From: Paenibacillus sp. 598K
Lineage (GTDB): Bacteria > Bacillota > Bacilli > Paenibacillales > Paenibacillaceae
Length of the DNA stretch: 48,872 nt
Direction of reading: 5' to 3'
Assembly (NCBI RefSeq): GCF_003851045.1
Contig: NZ_BFBX01000005.1
Span: 1 to 48,872, forward strand
Position numbers and translations under genes: made by a program. Positions 1-8,659 of the stretch are shown piece by piece (within the stretch, counting starts at the first letter, position 1; the number at the start of each line of letters is the position of its first letter). The notes below the pieces were generated by a model. It was given only the letters and a program-made list of their open reading frames with translations, ran no database searches and was not told where the DNA came from.

Positions 1-828
1 TCACTTTGCTCCAGAAGGAGTAATTACCCAAGAATCCCCCACCTCAACCGGTTACGGCAGGTGGCGGGAGTGTTCAAGGCGTTGTTGGCTGTTTTTGCTT
101 ACTTCCCAGGACTGGGACGGCGGCAGTATGGAAAACGTGCGGTGGCTCGGCAATTGGTACGGCTATGAGCATCCGAGCGGCACGACGACGATCCAGTTGA
201 ACGCCAAGGGGGACATCCTCGAGCTGATCGATGACAGGGCATGCGATACTACACCAATGGCTTCGAAGGCTTTAACTATGAGAAGACGCCGGACGGCAAG
301 TTCAAGCTGACCGAGGTTGGGCAGACGGCCTTCCAGAACAATACGCCGGTGCCGGACGAATACGGGGGCGGCGGCTACCAGGACGGGCAGAGCAAGATCA
401 ACAGCATGATCATGAGCGACTTCGTCTATGATCCGGATACAGGAGAGTTCTACAACAACAACTACTGGAGCTCGACCATCGAGGCCAACAAGACGGCGCT
501 GACGACGGCGTGGCAGGAAGCCTACGGGGCGACCAATCCAACGGACTACTATATCAAAAACAACATGATCGACATCGTCCCGAATATCAACACAAGCCTT
601 GGCAGCGACTCGTCCGATGTTAAAAACAAACGCAGCCAGGTGTCCGATTATGTGAAGAACACGTCCTGGAAAATGATTTTCGCCAAAAACGAGGCGGAAT
701 ACAAGCAGCTCTGGGATAAAATGAAAACCGATGTCGTCGGACTCGGCTGGAACGAGGTCGTCGCTGCCGACAAGGCCAAGGCGGAAAAAATCGTCAAGCT
801 GCGGACGGAAGCGATGGCTAATCAATAA
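1..828 (+). pseudogene. Extracellular solute-binding protein (LplA-like ABC transporter SBP), C-terminal part. Reading frame switches from frame 2 (open from position 2) to frame 1 (stop at 166-168, ORF from 241) near 232-241. Probable 1-nt indel or pseudogene.
   Basis: Frame 2 reads ...NVRWLGNWYGYEHPSGTTTIQLNAKGDILELIDDRA and is open to the window edge. Frame 1 then reads MRYYTNGFEGFNYEKTPDGK...WNEVVAADKAKAEKIVKLRTEAMANQ, which is typical of large sugar SBPs. The gene is truncated by the window start. Confidence 0.5.
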
Positions 829-841
829 CGGCGGCAGTATT

Positions 842-1633
842 TCAAGAACCGTCTGACGCCATCCTCGTAAGCGGCCTTTGCAGCTGGAAGCTTCGCGGCG
901 TACTGCCTGTCACTTTTTTGAATTGCCGGCAGAAGTGCTCGACATGCTGATAGCCGCACTGGAAGGCGATCTCGGCGATGCTCTGGGAGCCGTGCAACAG
1001 ATACTCCTTGGCGAGCCGGATGCGGCAGTTGATGACATCCTCCATGCACGAGATGCCGAACGTTTTTTTGTAGAGGATTTGCAGATAGCCCGGGCTCAGC
1101 CGGAGGACATCGGCCATTTTTGGCACGCTCCACGGCTCGCCCGGGTTGTTCTGGATTGCGATGCGCAGCTTCAGCAGGTTGTAGTATTGGGCAGAGAAGC
1201 CCTCGTAGAAGTAGGCTTCGAGCAGCTTGTTGAACAGAGTGCGGAGCAGACAGTTGATGGAGGAGTCGCGGTAATCCCGATTGAAGTTATGCTCGACGAC
1301 CAGCAGCTCGAACAACTTGTGACAGTAGTCCGGGTCATCGAGGGCAAAGGGCGTGCCGAAGGGCAAGGATGTTTTGGTCACGTAAGCGTCATCGGAGTCA
1401 AAGCGAATCCAGTTGTTGACGAAGCTGTCGGCACAGGCGCGATAATAGATTTTCTGATAGGCCGGATACAGGACGGCGCTGTGGGCGGGGTACTGCTTGA
1501 GGGTACCATCGACCGAAAATAGCGCTGGGGTTTTCGTCATGACGAGCAGCCAGCAGCGATGACCTTGAGGCATATCAAAAACAAAATTACTCGCATGCGT
1601 GGCATCGCATTCAACGTAGTAAATCTGATTCAT
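842..1633 (-). CDS. AraC-family transcriptional regulator (N-terminal cupin/sugar-binding domain plus C-terminal HTH)
   Basis: C-terminus reads ...MADVLRLSPGYLQILYKKTFGISCMEDVINCRIRLAKEYLLHGSQSIAEIAFQCGYQHVEHFCRQFKKVTGSTPRSF, an AraC-type HTH. ATG at 1633 with a GAGGTGG RBS. Confidence 0.85.
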   Translation of the reverse strand: MNQIYYVECDATHASNFVFDMPQGHRCWLLVMTKTPALFSVDGTLKQYPAHSAVLYPAYQKIYYRACADSFVNNWIRFDSDDAYVTKTSLPFGTPFALDDPDYCHKLFELLVVEHNFNRDYRDSSINCLLRTLFNKLLEAYFYEGFSAQYYNLLKLRIAIQNNPGEPWSVPKMADVLRLSPGYLQILYKKTFGISCMEDVINCRIRLAKEYLLHGSQSIAEIAFQCGYQHVEHFCRQFKKVTGSTPRSFQLQRPLTRMASDGS

Positions 1634-1811
1634 TCCACCTCAATCTCCTCTCGCTCTATCATCTCCTCTATCATACCCAAATACTAGGCGATCGTACAGA
1701 ATGAGTAAATAGGTTTGCCAAGCGTGGACAGCCCGGCGGGCTTTGCGCTACTATGGAGGAAGAGAATGGAGGCTTCCATTCATCACGAGATACCCAGGAG
1801 GTAGTTAATTC

Positions 1812-2411
1812 ATGAGTTCAGACCAAGATGCGATTGCTCAAGTCCGCCCGACGTCGTATGACATCGACCCGATACATATTCAGCGCTGGTCGCCGCGCGC
1901 TTTTTTGGAGCAGGAGGTTCCGGAGGACAAGCTGCTCAGCGTGCTGGAGGCCGCTCGGTTTGCGCCTTCCGCTTTTAATTTCCAGCCTTGGCGGTTTATC
2001 GTCGCCCGTACGCCGGAGGACCGGGAGACGTTCCGCTCGTTCCTGGTCGAGTTCAACCAGGTCTGGTGCGAGAAGGTGCCGGTCCTTATCCTGATCGTCT
2101 CGCAGAGTACCTCGGAGAAGGGCGCCAATCTGACCCACGCCTTCGACGCGGGAGCGGCTTGGGGCGCGCTTGCTTACGAGGCCGTTCGTCAGGGCCTGGT
2201 CACGCATGCGATGACCGGATTCGACTTCGATAAGGCGCGCCAACTGCTCAACGTACCGGAGGAGTTCACGATCCAGGCGGCAGTCGCTCTGGGCTATCAA
2301 GGCGACAAGTCATCCTTGCCGCAAGCGATGGCCGATCGCGAAGGCCCGTCCCCTCGCCGTCCGCTCGACCAGTCCGTATTCGAGGGCAGCTTCGGCGCAG
2401 CGCTTCGCTAG
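1812..2411 (+). CDS. Nitroreductase-family protein
   Basis: Contains the motifs FNFQPWRFIVARTPEDRETF and GALAYEAVRQGLVTHAMTGFD. AGGAGG RBS lies 7 nt upstream of the ATG. Confidence 0.85.
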   Translation: MSSDQDAIAQVRPTSYDIDPIHIQRWSPRAFLEQEVPEDKLLSVLEAARFAPSAFNFQPWRFIVARTPEDRETFRSFLVEFNQVWCEKVPVLILIVSQSTSEKGANLTHAFDAGAAWGALAYEAVRQGLVTHAMTGFDFDKARQLLNVPEEFTIQAAVALGYQGDKSSLPQAMADREGPSPRRPLDQSVFEGSFGAALR

Positions 2412-2630
2412 TTGGACAGCGGCTTTGCCGATGTAACTGCAAGGTTACTATGTTCCTGGCATTTGCGTAATTGCGATTGACGACTCGTCCGATAGGATAC
2501 GCTAAGGGAGCCACTATGATCGCCAATACGAGAAGTTCAAGCGGATCTATCCTGCCATGGCCCCATTGTTCGCCGAATAAATCGGGGCGCAACGCGGGAC
2601 GCTATGCAGTACCGTCGTATTTGCCAAAGA

Positions 2631-2690
2631 GAAGAGCGAGACAACGGCGCGATATGCGCGTCGTCTCGCTCTTTGCCTTTTCAGATACCG
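2631..2690 (+). terminator. Rho-independent terminator-like hairpin (9-bp stem GAGCGAGAC/GTCTCGCTC, then TTTGCCTTTT)
   Basis: Perfect inverted repeat followed by a T-run inside the 400-bp nitroreductase-ABC permease gap. It invalidates the overlapping 85-aa ORF 2471..2728. Confidence 0.45.
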
Positions 2691-2816
2691 AAGACATTAC
2701 GGCTTACTATGTAATTGACTGCGGCTAAATAACCATGCTATGATCATTATAGACTGACGGTCGGTCAATGGATAAACAGACAAACAAAGAGGCGTCTACT
2801 TACGAGGGGGAACCTA

Positions 2817-5135
2817 ATGTACCGCAGAATTATCCGCCGCGACATCGCGCGGAACAAGCTGATCACGCTAACTATGACGCTTTTCGTCGCGGCGGCTGCG
2901 CTGTTGGTGGCGCTGGCTGCGCTGCTCATCGTCCATCTGGCGGGCTCCATCGATACGCTGATGACGCAAGCCCGTACGCCGCATATGACGCAGATGCATG
3001 CCGGCGAGCTGGACGCGGCGAGACTCGCCTCGTTTGCCGAGCAGAGCGAGCATGTCGAGCAATACCAAGCGGTCGAATTCGTCAACATCGATGGCGCGCG
3101 CATCCGCATCGGCGAGCAGACGCTGGCTGGCTCGGTGCAGGACAACGGCTTTGTCAAGCAAAATGAAAGCTTCGACTATCTGCTCGACCTCGATGGTCAG
3201 GTGATTCAGCCTCGCGACGGCGAGGTCTATATCCCGATCGGCTACTGGAGAGACGGCACGGCCAAGCTGGGCGACACCGTGACCGTGGAGGACAAGACCT
3301 TCACCGTATCCGGCTTCCTGCGCGATTCGCAGATGAACTCGCCGCTCGCCTCCTCCAAGCGACTATTGGTCAGCGACCAGGCGTTTTCCGAGCTGCGCCC
3401 GCTGGGCAGCATCGAATATTTGATCGAGTTCCGCTTGCGGGACCTGTCTACCTTAACGGCGTTCCAGACCGAATACACAGATGCGGGACTGGAGGCCAAC
3501 GGCCCGGCGCTCACCTATCCGCTCTTCCGGATGCTCAATGCGATCTCCGACGGCATGATGATCGGCGTGCTGTTGCTCGTCAGCCTGCTCGTCGTCGTCA
3601 TCGCCTTGCTCTGCATCCGCTTCACGCTGCTGGCGAAACTCGAGGACGACTACAGGGAGATCGGCGCGATGAAGGCGCTCGGCATGCGCGTAGCCGATAT
3701 CAAGAAGCTCTATCTGGCCAAGTATGCGGCGATCGCTGCCGCAGGCAGCGCGCTCGGCTTCGCCGCCGCTTGCGCGCTCCGGGGCGCGCTGCTGGACAAT
3801 ATCCGGCTCTACATGGGCGAGAGCGGGAACGGTACGCTTGCCTTGCTGATCGGCGCTCTGGGCGCGCTCCTGGTGCTGCTGGCGATCCTTGGCTATGTAA
3901 GCGGCGTGCTGCGCTATATCCGGCGCATCCCGGCGGCGGAGGCGCTCCGCTACGGGGTGTCGCAGTCGGACAAGGTCGGAGCCCGGCGCCTGCGGCTCAG
4001 CCGCAACCGGCTGCTGCCGGTGAACCTGTTCCTCGGCATCCAGGATGTGCTCTCGCGCAAGAGGCTGTATGCGACGATGCTGACGGTGCTCATCCTCGCC
4101 TCCTTTATCATGATCGTCCCGCATAACCTGCATCATACGATTTCGCAACGCAGCTTCAGCGGCTATATGGGGATCGGCGCTTACGATCTGCGTCTCGATC
4201 TTCAGCAAAGCTCCGACATCGCCGAGCGGGCGAGAGCGATCGCCGACAAGATGGCCGCCGACCCCGATATCTTGCGCTATACGGTGCTGACAACCAAGAG
4301 CTTCCAGGTGAAGACGGCAGAGGGTACGACCCAGACGATGCGGATCGAGCTCGGCGATCAAGGGGCGTTCCCCGTGCAATACAGCAAGGGGGACTCGCCT
4401 CAGACGCCGGACAAGATCGCGTTGTCGGCGCTTCAGGCTGAGGAGCTGAAGGTGACGGTCGGCGACCCGCTGGTGCTGGCAAGCGACGCGGGAGATGTCC
4501 GCCTGGAGGTTAGCGGCATCTACTCGGACATCACCCATGGCGGCAAGACGGCCAAGGCGTCGTTCGCTGACGACTCGGGGGACATCGTATGGGCGGTCGT
4601 CTATGCCGAGCTGACGGCTTCGGCCGATGCGGCCGCCAAGGCCGCAGCCTACAGCGACAGCTTCGGCTATGCCAAGGTGTCCGATATCGAGGCGTTCATC
4701 GACCAGACCTTCGGCTCTACGATCCGCGCGGTTGGTCAGGCGTCGCAGGGCGCGATTGCGGTCGCACTGTTAATCGCGCTGCTCGTGACATTGCTGTTCA
4801 TCAAGCTGCTGCTGGCCAAGGACCGTTATGCGATTGCCGTCATGCAGGCGTTTGGCTTTACCGGCCGCGACATCAAGCTGCAATACATTACCCGGTCCTT
4901 ATTCGTCCTGCTGCTTGGCCTGTTTGTCGGCACGCTGCTGGCCAACACGCTCGGCGAGCGGCTGGCTGGCGCGGTGATCGCTTCGTTCGGTGCGTCGTCC
5001 TTCGAGTTCGCGATCGATCCGCTATCCGCCTATGTGATCTATCCGGCCCTGATGGGCTGCGCAGTCGGGCTGGCGACGCTCATCGGCACCTCGGGCGCGG
5101 GCCGCATCATACTATCTGAACATATAAAGGAGTAG
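2817..5135 (+). CDS. ABC transporter permease, FtsX/MacB-like, with two permease modules (772 aa)
   Basis: N-terminal TM helix, a large extracytoplasmic domain and a 3-4 TM bundle, all repeated twice. GAGGGGG RBS. The partner ATPase starts 4 nt downstream. Confidence 0.85.
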   Translation: MYRRIIRRDIARNKLITLTMTLFVAAAALLVALAALLIVHLAGSIDTLMTQARTPHMTQMHAGELDAARLASFAEQSEHVEQYQAVEFVNIDGARIRIGEQTLAGSVQDNGFVKQNESFDYLLDLDGQVIQPRDGEVYIPIGYWRDGTAKLGDTVTVEDKTFTVSGFLRDSQMNSPLASSKRLLVSDQAFSELRPLGSIEYLIEFRLRDLSTLTAFQTEYTDAGLEANGPALTYPLFRMLNAISDGMMIGVLLLVSLLVVVIALLCIRFTLLAKLEDDYREIGAMKALGMRVADIKKLYLAKYAAIAAAGSALGFAAACALRGALLDNIRLYMGESGNGTLALLIGALGALLVLLAILGYVSGVLRYIRRIPAAEALRYGVSQSDKVGARRLRLSRNRLLPVNLFLGIQDVLSRKRLYATMLTVLILASFIMIVPHNLHHTISQRSFSGYMGIGAYDLRLDLQQSSDIAERARAIADKMAADPDILRYTVLTTKSFQVKTAEGTTQTMRIELGDQGAFPVQYSKGDSPQTPDKIALSALQAEELKVTVGDPLVLASDAGDVRLEVSGIYSDITHGGKTAKASFADDSGDIVWAVVYAELTASADAAAKAAAYSDSFGYAKVSDIEAFIDQTFGSTIRAVGQASQGAIAVALLIALLVTLLFIKLLLAKDRYAIAVMQAFGFTGRDIKLQYITRSLFVLLLGLFVGTLLANTLGERLAGAVIASFGASSFEFAIDPLSAYVIYPALMGCAVGLATLIGTSGAGRIILSEHIKE

Positions 5136-5138
5136 CCT

Positions 5139-5897
5139 ATGAACAAGATTATAGTGGGAGATCAGATCGTCAAGCGCTACGGCACTGGCGGAGAGTCACG
5201 TCAGGTGCTCGACCGCGTCTCGGTCGAGATCGGCAAGGGAGAGTTCGTGGCGGTGATGGGGCCGTCCGGTTCGGGCAAGTCGACGCTGATGTTTTGTCTG
5301 AGCGGGATGGATGCGATCGACGAAGGCGTGGTGCTGTATAACGGCAAGCCGTTGTCGCAGATGGGGGAGGTCGAGCTGGCCGACCTGCGCAGGAGACGGA
5401 TGGGCTTCGTCTTCCAGCAGCCGACCCTGCTGCGCAATCTCAATGTGCTCGACAACATCCTGCTGCCGTCGCTGCGCGACAACCGCAAGCGTGTCGCCGA
5501 GCTCACGGACAAGGCCCGCTCACTGATGAAGCGAGTGGGCATCGCCGGTCTGGAGTCGCGCGAGATTACGCAGGTGTCGGGCGGCCAGCTGCAGCGGGTA
5601 GGCATCTGCCGGGCTTTGATGGGAGACCCCGACATCATCTTCGGCGACGAGCCGACCGGCGCGCTCAACTCGGCCTCCGCTCAGGAGATGATGGAGCTGT
5701 TCACCGCGATCCATGCGGAGGGTACAGCGATCATGCTCGTCACCCATGATGCGCAGGTAGCGGCGCGGGCGGAGCGCGTCCTGTTCATGCGCGACGGCGC
5801 GATCGTCAGCGAGCTGCTGCTCTCGCGATACCGGCAGGAGGAGGCCGCAGCCCGTGTCAGCCGCATCACGGAGCGGATGACCTCGCTTGGGGTGTAG
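5139..5897 (+). CDS. ABC transporter ATP-binding protein (MacB/LolD-type)
   Basis: Walker A GPSGSGKST, Q-loop, signature LSGGQLQRVGICRAL, Walker B IIFGDEPTGALN and an H-loop. Confidence 0.9.
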   Translation: MNKIIVGDQIVKRYGTGGESRQVLDRVSVEIGKGEFVAVMGPSGSGKSTLMFCLSGMDAIDEGVVLYNGKPLSQMGEVELADLRRRRMGFVFQQPTLLRNLNVLDNILLPSLRDNRKRVAELTDKARSLMKRVGIAGLESREITQVSGGQLQRVGICRALMGDPDIIFGDEPTGALNSASAQEMMELFTAIHAEGTAIMLVTHDAQVAARAERVLFMRDGAIVSELLLSRYRQEEAAARVSRITERMTSLGV

Positions 5898-5906
5898 TTG
5901 CTGGCA

Positions 5907-6740
5907 TTAAGAGGTGCGCTCCTCTGTAGCGTCCGGACTCGCTTCTTCGGCATAGCGAGCCAGCGCCTTGGCCGAGGACTCCCGCATCCGGTGGATCAGA
6001 TAGTCGCCCTCGATGACGCGTACCCGCCTGCCGAGGAAACGGAGCTTGGAGAGCAGATACTCGATCTCGTCGCCGAGCAGCGAGACGCGCACGTGGTAGA
6101 TGTCTCCAGCGCTGTCGTAGTCGACCGTCTTCTCGAAGCTGGAGAAGGCGTACAGGATCCGCGAGAGCTCGGCGTTGTACATCGGTACGATCTCGATGAG
6201 CGCCTCGGTGCGGCGGGCGGCGATCGCCTCGACGATCCGCGCTTGGGCGCGCTCGGCGGTACGCGGGTCTAGCGGCTCTGCGGCGAAGGAGCGGATCTTC
6301 TGCAGCCGCGTGCTCATGAGCGACGGTTGGCGCAGACGATACCAGAGCAGGTACCACTCGCGCTTCACCATCGAGTATTCCAGCTTGTAGGGCAGTCCGG
6401 GGTGATCGGTATACTCGCGGTCGTCCCGGACCGCATAGGTGAGGCGCACCCCTTGGCGCTCGGCGATCAGACGCCGCAGCGGTCGCAGATGCGGATGGTA
6501 CACCTGCCGCTCGCGGGAGCGCGCCTTCTCGATGAGATGGCGGGAGACATCGAGCTCTTCCTCAGGGGCGAGCACCGCGCGCAGCTTGGCCAGCGTATCG
6601 GGCGCGAACGCTTCGGTAGCAGCCGGATGCGCCAGCATCGTCTTCAGCCAGGCCCGCTCATGCGAGGTGACGGTGAAGGTGCCGGCGTCCTCCAGACGCG
6701 TCATGATCTGGTGGTTGAATATTTTTTCAAACAGATTCAT
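5907..6740 (-). CDS. WYL-domain protein without HTH (WYL plus WCX-like C-terminal domain). Partner of the upstream regulator.
   Basis: ...DHPGLPYKLEYSMVKREWYLLWYRLRQ... is a WYL signature, and the C-terminus reads RVRVIEGDYLIHRMRESS. The start overlaps the upstream gene by 14 nt, which suggests translational coupling. Confidence 0.6.
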   Translation of the reverse strand: MNLFEKIFNHQIMTRLEDAGTFTVTSHERAWLKTMLAHPAATEAFAPDTLAKLRAVLAPEEELDVSRHLIEKARSRERQVYHPHLRPLRRLIAERQGVRLTYAVRDDREYTDHPGLPYKLEYSMVKREWYLLWYRLRQPSLMSTRLQKIRSFAAEPLDPRTAERAQARIVEAIAARRTEALIEIVPMYNAELSRILYAFSSFEKTVDYDSAGDIYHVRVSLLGDEIEYLLSKLRFLGRRVRVIEGDYLIHRMRESSAKALARYAEEASPDATEERTS

Positions 6741-8052
6741 AGGTCGATTGTATCTCCTTCCATTCCGCGATCATCTCTCTCCGCAGCTGCAGCGGCTCCA
6801 ACACCTCGCAGCTCGAGCCGAAGCTCCGCAGCCACGGCCTGATCTCCGTCGTGCCATTGACAGTAATCTCGTAGACGAACGCCTCTTCATCCTCCTCGAC
6901 GATCTGCCCCCACTGTCCCTGCAGCAGCACCCGCTCCTTGACGAAGTTCCGCTCCAGGCCCGGATGGTAGAAGCGGGCGCGCACGGTGACCGGCTTGCCG
7001 GTGTCGATGAGCCAGCTATACCGCATCTTCTCCGCCAGCTCCGCTTGCTTGTCCTCGTACGATGCCGCGTCCACGGCATCCTCCAGCTCGATCTGAGTCA
7101 GTCCCTCCAGCCTGTACTTGCGTATGCCCTCTCGGCCATGCGAGAGCAGGTACCAGCGTCCGTACTGATGGTCGTACACCAGCTTGAGCGGCAGCGCCCG
7201 CTGCTGCTTGCCCTCCGTCTCCCGCTCGAACAGCGGATTCGTGTTGCGCGAGGCGTAGCTGCGCTCGGACTTCGGCGAGAAGTACAGGAAGCGCACCCGA
7301 AGCCGCCGCTCTATCGCGTGCAGCAGCGTGAACAGATGCGCCTCGTCGAGCACCCGCGAGTGGTAGTGATACTTGTACAGGAATGGCTCCAGCTCATGCG
7401 TCTGCGCTTGCCCGCGCAGCAGATGCTTTTTGAGACTGTCGCGCAGCAGGTAGCCCTGGACCGAGGGGAGCTGCGTATTGGCCATCACATCGATATAGTC
7501 GTACAGGTCGAGCAGCTCCTCGGGCGACAGCGACTGGATCAGATCGTCGTTGACCCGATAGCGATAAGGGCGCGCCCCGCTCTCCCGGCGGATGACGCCG
7601 ACGCTCTCCAGATACTTCAGGTCGCTGCGGATCGTCTTCTCGTCCGGCATCGGCATCTCCTCGGTCGTCGCATTCTCGCCTTCGGGCGGGCTGCAGCAGA
7701 TGTCCAGCAGCTCCATCACCGTCAAGGCTTGCCCGTCCATCGCCGACAGCAGCAGCGAGAGCCGGTAGCTCTCGGACGCCTTGACCGACTTGGCGCGGAA
7801 CAGGAACAGCAGCAGCGGGTCGGCCGAATCGTAGTAGTTGTAGCGGATCGCCTCCGACCATTCCCGGCTCTGCTCTTGCGTCAGATGCTGATGCATCGAG
7901 CCCAGCACCTCCTTGAGCCGACGGATCGTCTTGTCGAACGTATGGACGGAGATGCCGAGCCGCTCGGCGAACTGCGTCCGCGTGAACGCCCCGCTCGTCA
8001 GCGCCAGCATCCGCAGGATCTGGATTTCCTTGTCGAAGCTTTCCTTGGCCAC
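6727..8052 (-). CDS. HTH-WYL-WCX transcriptional regulator (PafB/PafC/BrxR/CapW-like architecture). GTG start at 8052.
   Basis: N-terminal HTH (TRTQFAERLGISVHTFDKTIRRL), a second wHTH, then WYL (YDHQYGRWYLLSHGREGIRKYRLEGL) and a C-terminal WCX-like domain. AAGGAGG RBS 8 nt upstream of the GTG. Confidence 0.7.
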   Translation of the reverse strand: MAKESFDKEIQILRMLALTSGAFTRTQFAERLGISVHTFDKTIRRLKEVLGSMHQHLTQEQSREWSEAIRYNYYDSADPLLLFLFRAKSVKASESYRLSLLLSAMDGQALTVMELLDICCSPPEGENATTEEMPMPDEKTIRSDLKYLESVGVIRRESGARPYRYRVNDDLIQSLSPEELLDLYDYIDVMANTQLPSVQGYLLRDSLKKHLLRGQAQTHELEPFLYKYHYHSRVLDEAHLFTLLHAIERRLRVRFLYFSPKSERSYASRNTNPLFERETEGKQQRALPLKLVYDHQYGRWYLLSHGREGIRKYRLEGLTQIELEDAVDAASYEDKQAELAEKMRYSWLIDTGKPVTVRARFYHPGLERNFVKERVLLQGQWGQIVEEDEEAFVYEITVNGTTEIRPWLRSFGSSCEVLEPLQLRREMIAEWKEIQSTYESV

Positions 8053-8659
8053 GCGTCATCCTCCTTCAGGGGGCGATATGTACACAGTCTTTTTTTCATT
8101 GTAACAGGAGTCGTCATACTTCTGCCATGTTCGGATCGGTCGAGATGCGCGATGATAGATGCTGTAAGGCGCCGGTGCGGCGCTTTGCCATCATTACAAG
8201 CGCTTATGCGGCGGTCGTAACGAGGCGAGGATGTCAGACATCCTGCAGTGCCGGGCCTGGTAGGCTGCGGTATCCTGTACGGCTGGACCGGTAAGTGCAG
8301 GCGGGGTTCGATTCCCCAATCGCTTAGGGAGCGATCTATGGTATAGAGCTACTCGACTGCAAATCGAGCGATGCAACAACTCACAAGGGACCTGAGGATG
8401 GAATCCCGGGCGGCAAGGGCGTGCAGGCACGTCCTAGTACAAGCGCGCTGCCGACCGGCTATGCAATCTGCGGATACCGACGGGCGGGAAGCGGGAGCAA
8501 GACAGGAGAGAGACGAGGCGGGGGGATGGTCGAAGTCGGGCCGCGCCTCGCTCGGACCTCCTCTGCGAAGCTCTGGCGGACGCTCGTCTCAAGCGAGATT
8601 CCGCCGCTCCGGCAGGGGGATTCCGATCCGATGGCACGTATGAACAGGGGGAGTATGAC

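Noticed and set aside
2471-2728. 85-aa ORF in the nitroreductase-ABC gap
   Set aside because: An intrinsic terminator hairpin lies inside it. There is no RBS and the composition is Arg-rich.
3453-4538. Numerous long antisense or alternative-frame ORFs inside confirmed genes (e.g. 3453..4538-, 6439..8220+, 8459..9334-, 9148..10065-, 15278..15847+, 16394..17428+, 20624..21634-, 22972..23811-, 24162..25559-, 31564..33360+, 40084..40854+, 40903..42543+, 46467..47756-, 48153..48753-)
   Set aside because: These are high-GC shadow ORFs. They are Arg/Ala/Pro-rich, lack RBSs and are fully embedded in genes with clear family motifs on the other strand or frame.
8295-8375. tRNA/tmRNA-like signals: a T-arm-like GGGGTTCGATTCCCC at ~8303-8318 and an anticodon-arm-like CTCGA-CTGCAAA-TCGAG at 8353-8369
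   Set aside because: No acceptor-stem pairing, no D-arm, and the order of elements is wrong for a tRNA. No tmRNA tag ORF or acceptor pairing. A similar GGGTTCGAATC string also occurs by chance at ~21640. At most this is a decayed tRNA fragment or att-site remnant, and it is not callable as a gene.
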